Source: Botryllus schlosseri (lineage: Eukaryota). Taken from it: 64,000 bases of DNA. The DNA lies in contig CM119372.1 of the NCBI GenBank assembly GCA_051294905.1, positions 15,130,001 to 15,194,000 of the forward strand. Direction: 5' to 3'. The notes under the pieces are model-generated. The model was not told the origin of the DNA, did not search any database, and worked only from the letters and a program-made list of their open reading frames with translations. Made by a program: the position numbers and the translations under genes. Below are positions 27,801 to 38,459 of the stretch, piece after piece (position 1 is the first letter of the stretch; every line of letters starts with the position of its first letter).

Positions 27801-30800
27801 AGAAAATTTCAATGAAGTTTATTATATAATTTAGCTTAATTTACAAAATAACTTTGGACCACAATTCCAGCTTGGGCCTTCTCGAAGTGGAGGGTTTAGG
27901 GTGCGGCCCTGTGTTTAGTGTTCCTTTCCGTCTTTGCATTTCTGCTTTCGGCGGTCTTTTTTGACATGCCCGTTTATCGTTCATGGAGGATGTCTCATAG
28001 TAAAAACGAGCTCTTATTGACTTGATTTACGAAGAAACGTAGCCTATCACGAAACAATTTGAAGCACAGACCGTGTAATGCGTAATGTGACAATGGCAAC
28101 AAAGAAGGTTTGAACTAAATGGAAAGAGTGACTTATTGTGATTTAAATTGTTATGACATACTTTGCTACATTGGCTTTATGTTGAACATGGATCACGCAT
28201 GCGAGCTTGCGAGAGACGTAGGCTGCGTAACTGCGGTATATTTCCGTTCCGGCCCAGTTTATAAGCTTACGGTTAAATTTTCAAAAGTAGGTTTTGTGTT
28301 TTGAATTTCAAGAAATGGACACGCGGGCCGCTCAGAATGGTTTGCGGGCCGCACTTTGGCCAAGTCTGAGTTAGATAGTCCGGCAAAGTTTGCTCTAATC
28401 AAGAAAATCATACCAGTTTAGACTTCTTGCAATCACAGTTAATCGAGTTCTTTTCCAGTTGTTCCAGATGAGATTTGACAGGGGTCTTCAATAAGATCTT
28501 CCAGCAAGATTGGGGTTGTGGTACTGTGTTTTTTGAATCGGTGATGATGTGACCTTTACTGAGATTCATCATCTGGTTGATCTGCTTGGAGCAGAGGTCC
28601 ATCATCTGGTTCATCTCTAACTTCAATTCTTTGATATCTTTACGCATCAAAGAAATTGAGTGGTCACTGTATGCAGATGTTGGAGTTGATGGTGTGCACG
28701 GAGCAGCTAAAAAATTATTTGAATATAAGAAAGCTGGATTAATCATATGTGATAATCTTACCAGCACTTTGTAACAGGCCTCGTTGTTGACAAGTCAGGA
28801 TTTTTAAGTTCAACATTGCTTACAAATGAAGGAGCGTCTAGAAAACAGAGCGACGCTATAACTCAAATTCGAGAATGAATCAAAGTGTTACGAGCTTACT
28901 GCATGGGTTAGTTCCCTGCAACTGGCCGCTACATTCAATGTTGGAATCATGATGTTCTTGAACACTCTCCGCATGATGGCAAACTTGCATTGCAAGCATC
29001 ATTGAACACAGCACCCTTGCTTGTCACACTTTTATTGCCAGAATCAGGAGATGGCCGCATTCTTAGAATTGGTATTAGCATGCCTTGTGTCTGAATACTT
29101 GGATTACTTTTCTTCTTTGAAGGAAACACATCATCTACAAAGTATGAAAATTTATATATGAATATTCTGTGTACAACATATTAGGCAGAATAACAGAGTA
29201 TATACCGATACCTTGATCATCAGTTGAAACAGAATTATCCTAAAATTTTTTGGGCGGCTGATGTTTTCGTTTAGACTGTTGTCATTCTTCATATTCAGAC
29301 AATGAAGAGGAGGGCAAGCTACTATTGTCCACAACTTCCTTCATGTCATTATAAGCCTTCTCCCATACATCTAAAACAGATGGATAATAATATAGTTGGC
29401 AAGGTCCCAGATTTGTACACACTACTGGATTTTTAATAAGCACAACTATAGAATTACTCAAATTTGAAAACTCGCAACTAACGACAGGCGCTCTTTAGTT
29501 GTTTGGAAACTATTACGGCCTAGTATTTTTCCAAATGTGCATCTAGAACTAGAACTACGGTACTGAAAAAACCGTTCGTTAGTTGTCCGTCAACTAACTA
29601 AATAAGCAGTCTGTACAAGTCTGCAATGATATTTGGTAGGCAAACCTTCGCAAATTATGAGTTTATACTTACTGGATGAGCATTTGATCCGGATTTTCCA
29701 CAAATACCAATTGCCCTTGTCATGTTTTCGTGGCTTCTTGTTTTTCGCCTCATTAGTGGCCTTCTTTGCTTTCGTCTGTGCTTCCACTGTCATATTATAT
29801 ATCTGGGAACTATCAAGTCTTGGCTGAGCCCACAAGCGCCACACACACTACACAATTTAATTATAAACAAAAGTACAAAAACATTCAATCACAATGAATG
29901 ATTTGAGCGACAATCATCTGATGATATTATATAATCCAGTACTGTCATAATAGCTTATGATATTCGCAAAAGTGCAAACCAAGTCCTATATACTTTGCGA
30001 CATTATACCATACACCATAATACCTATGTTTCACATTAAGCATATATAAATTACCATGTACAGTTCAGTTTTCAGTAATCCTCTGAAGGAATATGGTTAG
30101 TTGAGCCTAAAAATACCACGATTAATTCCAGAACGCAACTAAACCAAACATTCAACTGCAGCTGTAAGCCGCCATTACGAGAGCGCTTTGTCTGCCAGAA
30201 ATATATTTCGCGCCGAGACTTGTGTTCGCGTGGGAGAAATGGCCTCTCGTTTACACTCCGGAGCCGGAGCCGGAGTCGTAGCAGGATTTCAGCGATACAG
30301 TACAGCCGGACTGGATGCGGATTCTGAATTTGTTTCGACAGTCGGATTTTAGTAAGATGCTTAATTATAATCCTAAATACTATATCATGATTTTGGCAGA
30401 AGTTTGTTGGACGCAAAACTGGAAATTCCTCAGCCGGATTTTGCGGACTTTCAAATTGCTACCTAGAGCTGGGCTAATATGAAATTGAAGTTTAGCCTAC
30501 AAAATCGCAACAAACAGCGTGGAACTAGGTGAAACACTCGGTAGTATAGATAACTAAGGTAAACCCAAGGTAAACCTTAGTTATCTATACTCGGTAGTGA
30601 CACTATAGGTGACTAAATCGCCCTATAAGGGTAAAAATTCATTATAATCTACTGTACATTTATAAACGCCACTCTACCATAATAGGAAGCAATATTCGAA
30701 TTTGATATTTCTCACAAATAGATTTTCAGCATTCGACAAAATTTAGCCAAGAAAAAGTTGTGCTTCAGCACAAGGTATGCACGATAAAAAGATATATTCA

Positions 30801-31115
30801 AGTTGTGCTTTAGCACAAGGTATGCACAAGATGTGATTTGGACATGACTGGACAGGAAAAAGATATATTTAAGTTGTGCTTCAGCACAAGGTATGCACAA
30901 GATATGATTTGAACATGACTGGACAAGAAAAAGATATATTTAAGTTGTGCTTCAGCACAAGGTATGCACAAGATATGATTTGAACATGACTGGACAAGAA
31001 AAAGATATATTTAAGTTGTACTTCAGCACAAGGTATGCACAAGATATGATTTGAACATGAGCGGACAAGAAAAAGATATCCTGACAGGTTCAAAAGATAT
31101 CTAGTGTTTGCTGGG
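24887..31115. mobile_element. CACTA/EnSpm-like DNA transposon (6.2 kb, non-autonomous or degenerate)
   Basis: TIRs cccagcaaacac (24887-24898) / gtgtttgctggg (31104-31115). Subterminal tandem repeats: 24-bp x5 at ~25005-25130 and ~69-bp x4-5 at ~30755-31080. The array resumes at ~31119. TSD not clean (ct / ca). Confidence 0.75.
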
Positions 31116-31118
31116 CAG

Positions 31119-31542
31119 CTGGTGATGGTCACGGCCTCGATGTCGATGTAGCAGACAACACTCTAGCCATCGCAAAGGCAATTGCCGACGCCAATGCTAA
31201 CAACCAAATCCAATTCGCCATCGGCCCAATAGGACTCGGTCTCAATGTGGTGATGGTCACGGCCTCGATGTCGATGTAGCAGACAACACTCTTGCCATCG
31301 CAAAGGCAATTGCCGACGCCAATGCTAACAACCAAATCCAATTCGCCATCGGCCCAATAGGACTCGGTCTCAATGTGGTGATGGTCACGGCCTCGATGTC
31401 GATGTAGCAGACAACACTCTTGCCATCGCAAAGGCAATTGCCGACGCCAATGCTAACAACCAAATCCAATTCGCCATCGGCCCAATAGGACTCGGTCTCA
31501 ATGTGGTGATGGTCACGGCCTCGATGTCGATGTAGCAGACAA
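31119..31542 (+). repeat. Tandem array block 2: near-identical 128-bp units
   Basis: gcagacaacactc at 31151, 31279 and 31407 (period 128). Confidence 0.95.
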
Positions 31543-31606
31543 CTGCTTAGCGTTAACGCAAGATATAAGCAGATCGCCAGACGTACGTATGCGAATGCTT
31601 TCCGAA

Positions 31607-31654
31607 CAGTGACGTGCGGTGAGGTTCATGGCTGGTGAGGCACGGACCCCCCTC

Positions 31655-31686
<32 letters not shown>

Positions 31687-32585
31687 AACACGCACGCACA
31701 TAAAGTAGCCTACCTGATAAAGAAATCCAAAATGTGAATAACAACAGCAGCGGGTATAGAGAGCATTTTCTCTGCACACTGATAGCCGTTGCAATTCTAC
31801 ATTGTACAATGCATGTAGGACTGGTCGCTATTGCGCTAAACGGGCAAGTTTAGAGATGGATAATAATTACTATCTCTTCAAGTACCGGTATAAATTATTC
31901 GAAGCATAAAGCAACGACGATGCAGCCTATGCAAGTAGCTATCACATACCACAATTTAACGGAATATAAATAACAGCTACATAAGTAAGGGAATGTATTT
32001 GTTCCGCATTACGTATTGGCCGTCGCTACTATATAATTCCTACAAGACAGTCAAGACTGTTGTATTCCGAAATCGATAGCGCGTTTCACTGTGCTGCGAT
32101 TGTCTAATTGTTAACGAATAGTACATGAGGCAAATTCGTTTGTGCCTCACCTGGCCATTGTTTCGCTGCGATGGCATTGTTTGTAATAAAGCCGAATGTC
32201 ACCTTCCTTGGCGATTTTTAGGGGGTTCTGGTGGTCTGACGCTGTTAATATTTGGATTTTCGGAATCAGTGTGACGATAGCATTTGATTGATACCAGTTG
32301 TTATGAATTCCGAGCTATTTTTGATGAATTGCATTGTCGCAGGTGAGGCACGACCCGCCCGTGCCTCACCTGTGCCGCAACTCTCCTTTCGCGCTGTATT
32401 TTTGAATAATACTTATGAAAATTGATGATGTTGTGTGAAAAAATGTTCAAATTTAAATATTTATGAACATCGATGTAAAATATCAGTAATTATGGACTCA
32501 TGGAGGGTTTTCACAATTTTCAATTATTCACCCTGACGACAGGTGAGGCACTGCCTCACCTGCCTCATTGGACCGCACGTCACTG
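31607..32585. mobile_element. hAT MITE (979 bp) with internal (CA)n
   Basis: TIR cagtgacgtgcggt / accgcacgtcactg; perfect 8-bp TSD tttccgaa (31599-31606, 32586-32593). Related end at ~15085-15132. Confidence 0.9.
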
Positions 32586-33465
32586 TTTCCGAACTACCAA
32601 CAAGGTGAAATATTGCACTGTTGACTGCGGTGGGGTGATATTGCCTTAACGGCCTATTTGTACCGGTCACCAAAACCTTCAAATTATTTCCATCGGAGCA
32701 CGGCGCACCACTAGCTACATTTTCAGCACTGTTGGGCGATGAAGGTGGCGCATAGTGTCTGGCAGGAATCTTAGCATCTGTACTGCAACTCTCATCGCTA
32801 TCGCAAAAGTTCTCGTCTTCCGGTCGGACCCGCTTCCTTAGGGAAGTGTGATCCGACACCTCCATTTTAACAACAAGGGAGCAATATATCTGTCCCTTCA
32901 CTTAATGCACTTATCTGGGTGCAGCAAGCTATAAGCAATTCCACGTAACGACTTTCTCCGATATTCGAACGCTTTCGGCGACAGGGTGGAGTGAAAATGA
33001 CTTTTTTTTTCAAATCCAAAAAAGGCCTTCCTCAATCCTGACAAATGACCTAAAACTTCAGGAAAAAGTGACTTCAGGGGATTACCCCCATTTTCCAGCC
33101 GGCAACCCCCCAATTTCTGTGCGTGGGGGGGTAAATTGGCCTATCTCGGCAACCGCTGGTCATAGAGTCATGATATATAGCTCAAAATCTGCGGAAACAT
33201 CATGTTTCTATCTGTCTTAAGAGGAAAGTTTTCTCTATTGTGAACACAAAATGAGTTATAGCCAAAAAACAATATATAAGCACATTTTTGTTGAAATTCA
33301 GCATTTATTTTGACGAATTCTGATCCGTCATCAGTTTTTTTGAAAAGAAAAGTAATACACTGACAATGCCGAATATTGGGCCCATAACACAAATATATTC
33401 ACAACACAGTTTTTTTTTAAATCGGTTCCAAACATCATAACGAAACATTCACATTTAACGACATA

Positions 33466-34473
33466 TTAAAAATGCATTTTTGTGTCAAATTTTTTCATCA
33501 GTTTACGAGATTTGATTTTTTGGCGAATGAGGCCATCTCGCCTTTCAAATCCGGAGACTTGTGCTGATGCTTCTGTTACCAGCTTTACATGTCGTTCCAC
33601 TGTTTGATTGTGACATGGATGAAGCAAAATCAGGGGCTTCTCGCGGCATTCTTCCGACTCTGCATCTGTTAAGTGCTCAATCGCTGGAGGAAGTTGTTGA
33701 TAAGCTTCAATATTAACCAACTCGTGGTATGCCTTTGCTTCCAAGCTCAACTTAGGGACATAGAATAAACGAATAGGACCGCAGTTCAATTGGTTGGAAC
33801 TGCTCTGACTTTCAATGTCCATAAGTGAATTTTGTTCAGCGGCATGTTTTCGAATCGCAAGCACCTTGGTCACACCCTTATTTCGTATGTCTGCATTATC
33901 ATCTGCCAGCATTGCAATCATAATATTTTCGGGGTGTGCGAAATAACCGTTTCTTATCACGACATTCAAGGCAATTTTCCGAACGTTTTGGTCAGAGAAA
34001 TTCAACACCCGTTGAATCAAGTTGAAGAAGTTTCTGGATCCATGTGTTATATGTTTGTTTAGCTTGATCTCAAACCAAGTCGGGAAATATACTTCAAGGC
34101 AAAAACGAGCCAGAATCTGCAGGTTCAAAGACGGTTCATCAACTGTCACATAATACCGTAAAACTCTGCATCCCAAAGTTAGCCATCTTGAATGCACAAC
34201 TGGTCCAACCGCCAAATAAGCGAGATCATCATCAACGTTTCCTTGAATAATTGCCCAGCACATTTTATAAGCATATAACTGGTCCGTACTTAAGTCATTC
34301 ACAACTTCGGGTGGGAGCTTTGGAAAGGCCAAAAGTGGTGGCGAGAGCTTTTTGAATTGAGTAACTGGCCAACAAGATACACTTCCATGTAGTTTTTTTC
34401 CAATTGGACCGGCAAATGTATCTGGGCCACTTGCAACACCGTCGAGACTTGCAAACACGTGCCGCAAAGGCAA
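33466..34473 (-). pseudogene. C-terminal part of the transposase
   Basis: 335-aa ORF with the motifs above; continuous with the 35285-36012 part once the MITE and one TSD copy are removed (…PLQWIA|CLLHANEL…). Confidence 0.85.
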
Positions 34474-34501
34474 TTCATTAGCATGAAGCAGACATGCTAT
34501 C

Positions 34502-35276
34502 TAGGGATGGTGTGAACCTCTGAAAGGTTCAGGTTCGTGTGAACGTGAACCTTTTTGAAAGGTTCTGTGTGAACACGAACGTGAACCTCATGACGTCACG
34601 TGACGTCATATTGCTAATTTCAACCCCATATTTCAATTAAGTGATTGCCTATATTAATCTACTGTACACGATACCGAGCGACGACTCGGGGCCACATAAT
34701 AGCTCAGTACTTGAGTACATATTGACGTTTTAAACGTCGCCAAATGTATCAACTGAGGCAATCAAATGATATAATAGCCTAATCCCATAAAATCAGTATC
34801 TTGCGTCGCTTTGCCAACAATTTCGACCTGATCGGACAATGTATTCGGCGTCTGAGTATTGCCACATGGATATTGAGCAGAGTGTAAAATGGGTTTCTAT
34901 ACTTGTTACCGATATTACCCCATTAACAAGTTATACAGCAGTATAGCCAATACCCCAGTCGCACGGATTTGGTTTTTATGATACAGTATACGTATGTAGT
35001 CAAGATTGACCCCGTACGCCTGCTAGATTTTGAGATTGTCAAGGGCATGCTCTTTTAGTGCTGAATGTTTATGTTGCTAGCTCCATGCATAGAGTGGCCC
35101 GCAGTTGAAAGTCAATAAATTTGAACCAAAGATGTTATAACAAAGTGAAAATTGCAATATATGAAAAAGGTTCACAGTGCAGAACCTACCAAGGTTCTGT
35201 TGTGAACCCGAACCTCAAATTTTCCGAGGTTCACACACAGAACGCGAACGTGAACCTCGCGTTCACACCATCCCTA
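34502..35276. mobile_element. hAT (Ac-like) MITE inserted in the transposase gene
   Basis: TIR tagggatggtgtgaac / gttcacaccatcccta; perfect 8-bp TSD atgctatc (34494-34501, 35277-35284). Confidence 0.9.
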
Positions 35277-37166
35277 ATGCTATCCATTGAAGTGGCTTAT
35301 TCAGCAACTCTTCCAGGCTTGTAATGCATCCATTATGTTTTCCTGTCATGGATGCAGTGCCATCAGTACCGACAACTGCCAGTTTATCTTGCAATTCTGT
35401 ATCTTTTATTGCATTGAATAGATGTTGAGCTATGGTTATGCCCTTTCCATCTTAAGGAGAAAGGTAGGTGAGGTAATAACTCCCTGGCTCACCAACTACA
35501 GTATAGTGTTCTTCCAATTGAAGAGATCTGTAGTACTTCTCGTTTGGACCGTGCATAACCATTTGTGTGGCATATTTACGACCATCAAAGTACATACCAT
35601 CCACCATACTGAAGTTTTGTTGCTCTTCTTGCCGTAGTGCCTCTCTGCATCTGTCACGTTCTCTTCGTAACTTGCTTCGGTCAATCACCAAATTTTTATC
35701 ATGATCGGTAACCAATCCAACATCTACCAAAACGCTGTTAGCAGCTGCAGCTGCAGCTCGGTCCGATATTTGAAATCTTTCACACATTCTGGCAAGATTC
35801 GGCCATTTTTTTCGATTCTGGGTTGGGAATTCAGTTGATTTGGATGAAGAGCTGGAAATATTGGAAAGGTGACTGTGAATTGTGGAAGAATCTGTGCTTG
35901 TTGATTCAAACTCTGAGTCATGCCCAGCATACAGTTCGACCTCCATTTCACTTTGGGCTGCGGGTGCGGAAGTTCTGGCGTTCAGTTGTGATGTTAACCG
36001 GCGTGCAAACATTTAGTCAGATGAATCCAAAGGCACGATACTATCCAGACATCTTCCAGCACGTGGCCCCTTTTGATCATTGTAAAATTTCCAATCCTCC
36101 TCAGTCATTCGCAACTTATGCTGTTTTTCCAACTCTTTTCGTTGATCCTCATCTGTACAGAAGATGTCATACAATTCATCTACATTGGATAAAAAAATTG
36201 CTTGCTTTTCCAAGTACGATTTAGTACCCATATGTCATAGATTTCTTTCGCAACTTTTGACGCAGCTTTTTGAGTGCGAAAGTTCTTAAAGTGGAGCATT
36301 CTCTCTATCACTTGCCGTTTTGTGGGCAGTAAACCAGGTGGAAACTTTTCACAACCAGTAAACTTTTCGCCACCATGCCAAATCTTGATATGTTCTCCAC
36401 TTCGTCTAGTTCGCACCATAATTGTGATCATAAATCCAATAAATCCTACGATAGGCTACTTTGTAAAGTATTTAGGTGTAGCGTAACAATCTGTAAAAAC
36501 AAAACATGGCTTATTAAGAGTAAATAACTGCACTGTACAACGTCAAAATTTGGAAAAAATGGCGATTTTACTGTTTTTTGGCTATAAATCGCTTTGTGTT
36601 CACTATAGAGAAAACTTTCCTCTTGAGACAGATAGAAACATGATGTTTCCGCAGATTTTGAGCTATATATCATGACTCTACGACCAGCGGTTGCCGAGAT
36701 GGGCCATTTTACCCCCCCACGCACAGAAATTGGGGGGTTGCCGGCTGGAAAATGGGGGTAATCCCCTGAAGTCACTTTTTCCTGAAGTTTTAGGTCATTT
36801 GTCAGGATTGAGGAAGGCCTTTTTTGGATTTGAAAAAAAAAGTCATTTTCACTCCACCCCGACCAATTATCTACCTGTAGCGGAGACAATTACGATCTCC
36901 GCACGCGGCGACGATCACTCGACGAATGTATGTGATGTAGATGTAACAGACAACACTCTTGCAATCGCAACACACAGTTGCGAGTAAACGCCGTAGCGAA
37001 CGGACGTGCTTCTTCGAGCGGGTAATTAGTTGAGTAGGAGCTTTCGATCGGCGACTTCTGTCAGCTGAACGAGCATCGTACGGACTCTGCTTCAATTAGT
37101 AAGGAGGATTTACCATTCGGAAACACGCGACTACGGTATAAGGTGACTTGTGAAAGCGTGTTATAA

Positions 37167-38459
37167 ATGTCACAAGGAAGAGGGGCGGTAAAACGCCCCG
37201 CCGAAAATTCTACTGATGAACCTGCGCCAAAGGAGTCAGCTTCTAATGGATTAAGTCGATTCAATGAGCATTCTGTAGTTATAACGGGTATCAAGAAGCC
37301 AATCCGTCGTCAAAATCCTTTAGTCATCAACAGGAATTTGATCAAGATATTAGGAGGTTCCTACACCGAGATACGTGTTCTTCCATCAGGAGATCTCTGC
37401 GTAAAATGTGCAAACAGCGGACAGGTGGCCAAACTATTATCATGTAATGATCTGGGGACAAAAGAAAATAAGATTGAGGTCAAAGTGGAGCTTTACAAAA
37501 CCAAACCACCGGAAACGCGCGGAGTCATCTCCGACGTTCCAATGGATCTTAGTGAAGAAGAAATACGACAAGCACTATCGAATGACAACGTTACATATGT
37601 CAAAAGGTTGCCATACCGGTCAAAGGAAGGCGTTATTCCAAGCAGGTCGGTTCTTCTATGTTTCTCAGCGAACATGCTTCCCACTGTCGTACATATAGGT
37701 TTTTTGCGGTTCAAGACCAGGATATACAACCCACCACCCTTGCGCTGTTACAATTGCAGTCGATTCGGCCATAAGGCAAAGCATTGCCGTAGCTCAGCAC
37801 GGTGCACTAAATGCGGTAATAATCATGAATACAAGAACTGCACGAACCAAGCCAATTGTGTTAACTGTGGCCAACCACATTCAGCTGGCTACGCGGGTTG
37901 TGATAGGTATCGACAGGAAACTCGAATCCATGCTATTATGGCGAACTCCGATGTCAACTACTGGACTGCCAGAGGAATCGAACAAGAACAGAGACAAATC
38001 CCAAATGTTTTATCTCAGAACGAATTCCCACCATTGCAAAAAGACAGCAGTGACCAAACCTCAAACCTGGTACTTCACCAGCAGCATCGTAACGTCGCTG
38101 TAAGATCAGCTCCAATCAGTCGACAAGTCACCTCCGCAAACCATCCATTATTGCCATCGAATGATAGCATAACCTTATCAACATCGGCGCTGTTCAGCTT
38201 TATCGCAGGCGTATTGAAAAGTACAATAAAATCGATCACCGAAGGACAGGAAATTGACATTGAAAAGGTCATATCGGAGACCGCACAGAAGGAACTTGGA
38301 ATAGGATTTCCCGGATTGCAACTAAATACCGCCAATCGAGAAGAAGCCTCAAGCGTCGGCCGACACAGGACGTACGGCGAACAAAATTCACCACAAACTA
38401 CCGACGAGTCTTCTAATGCAATGGACCTCACACAAGCTCCGCCTTCAAAGGTAAATTAA
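37167..38459 (+). CDS. LINE ORF1 (gag-like nucleic-acid-binding protein)
   Basis: Three zinc knuckles: CYNCSRFGHKAKHC, CTKCGNNHEYKNC, CVNCGQPHSAGYAGC. Confidence 0.92.
   Translation: MSQGRGAVKRPAENSTDEPAPKESASNGLSRFNEHSVVITGIKKPIRRQNPLVINRNLIKILGGSYTEIRVLPSGDLCVKCANSGQVAKLLSCNDLGTKENKIEVKVELYKTKPPETRGVISDVPMDLSEEEIRQALSNDNVTYVKRLPYRSKEGVIPSRSVLLCFSANMLPTVVHIGFLRFKTRIYNPPPLRCYNCSRFGHKAKHCRSSARCTKCGNNHEYKNCTNQANCVNCGQPHSAGYAGCDRYRQETRIHAIMANSDVNYWTARGIEQEQRQIPNVLSQNEFPPLQKDSSDQTSNLVLHQQHRNVAVRSAPISRQVTSANHPLLPSNDSITLSTSALFSFIAGVLKSTIKSITEGQEIDIEKVISETAQKELGIGFPGLQLNTANREEASSVGRHRTYGEQNSPQTTDESSNAMDLTQAPPSKVN

Larger units (their letters stand above)
32984..36859 (-). mobile_element. DNA transposon with ~290-bp TIRs and a decayed hAT-superfamily (hATx-like) transposase
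   Basis: TIR gggtggagtgaaaatgac… mirrored at ~36570-36859; flanks cgaca/cgacc. Transposase pieces from ~36420 to 33466 carry TDGT, CLLHANELPLRH, DLSTDQ, HSRWLT, FAHPEN and PCHNQTVERHVKLVTEAS, with in-frame stops at 36013 and 35452 and a frameshift near 36230. Confidence 0.85.
31543..36928 (-). mobile_element. 5' fragment of a second I/Nimb-type LINE (5'UTR plus start of ORF1), split by two DNA transposons
   Basis: Removing the 31607-32585 MITE and one TSD joins ORF1 (ATG 32865) as …KVLVTGTNRPLRQYHPTAVNSAIFHLVGSSESIRIRTSGDLLISCVNAKQL. This aligns with …SVVITGIKKPIRRQNPLVINRNLIKILGGSYTEIRVLPSGDLCVKCANSGQV of ORF 37167. The minus-strand 5' end appears to begin CATTCGTCGAG at 36928. Confidence 0.7.
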
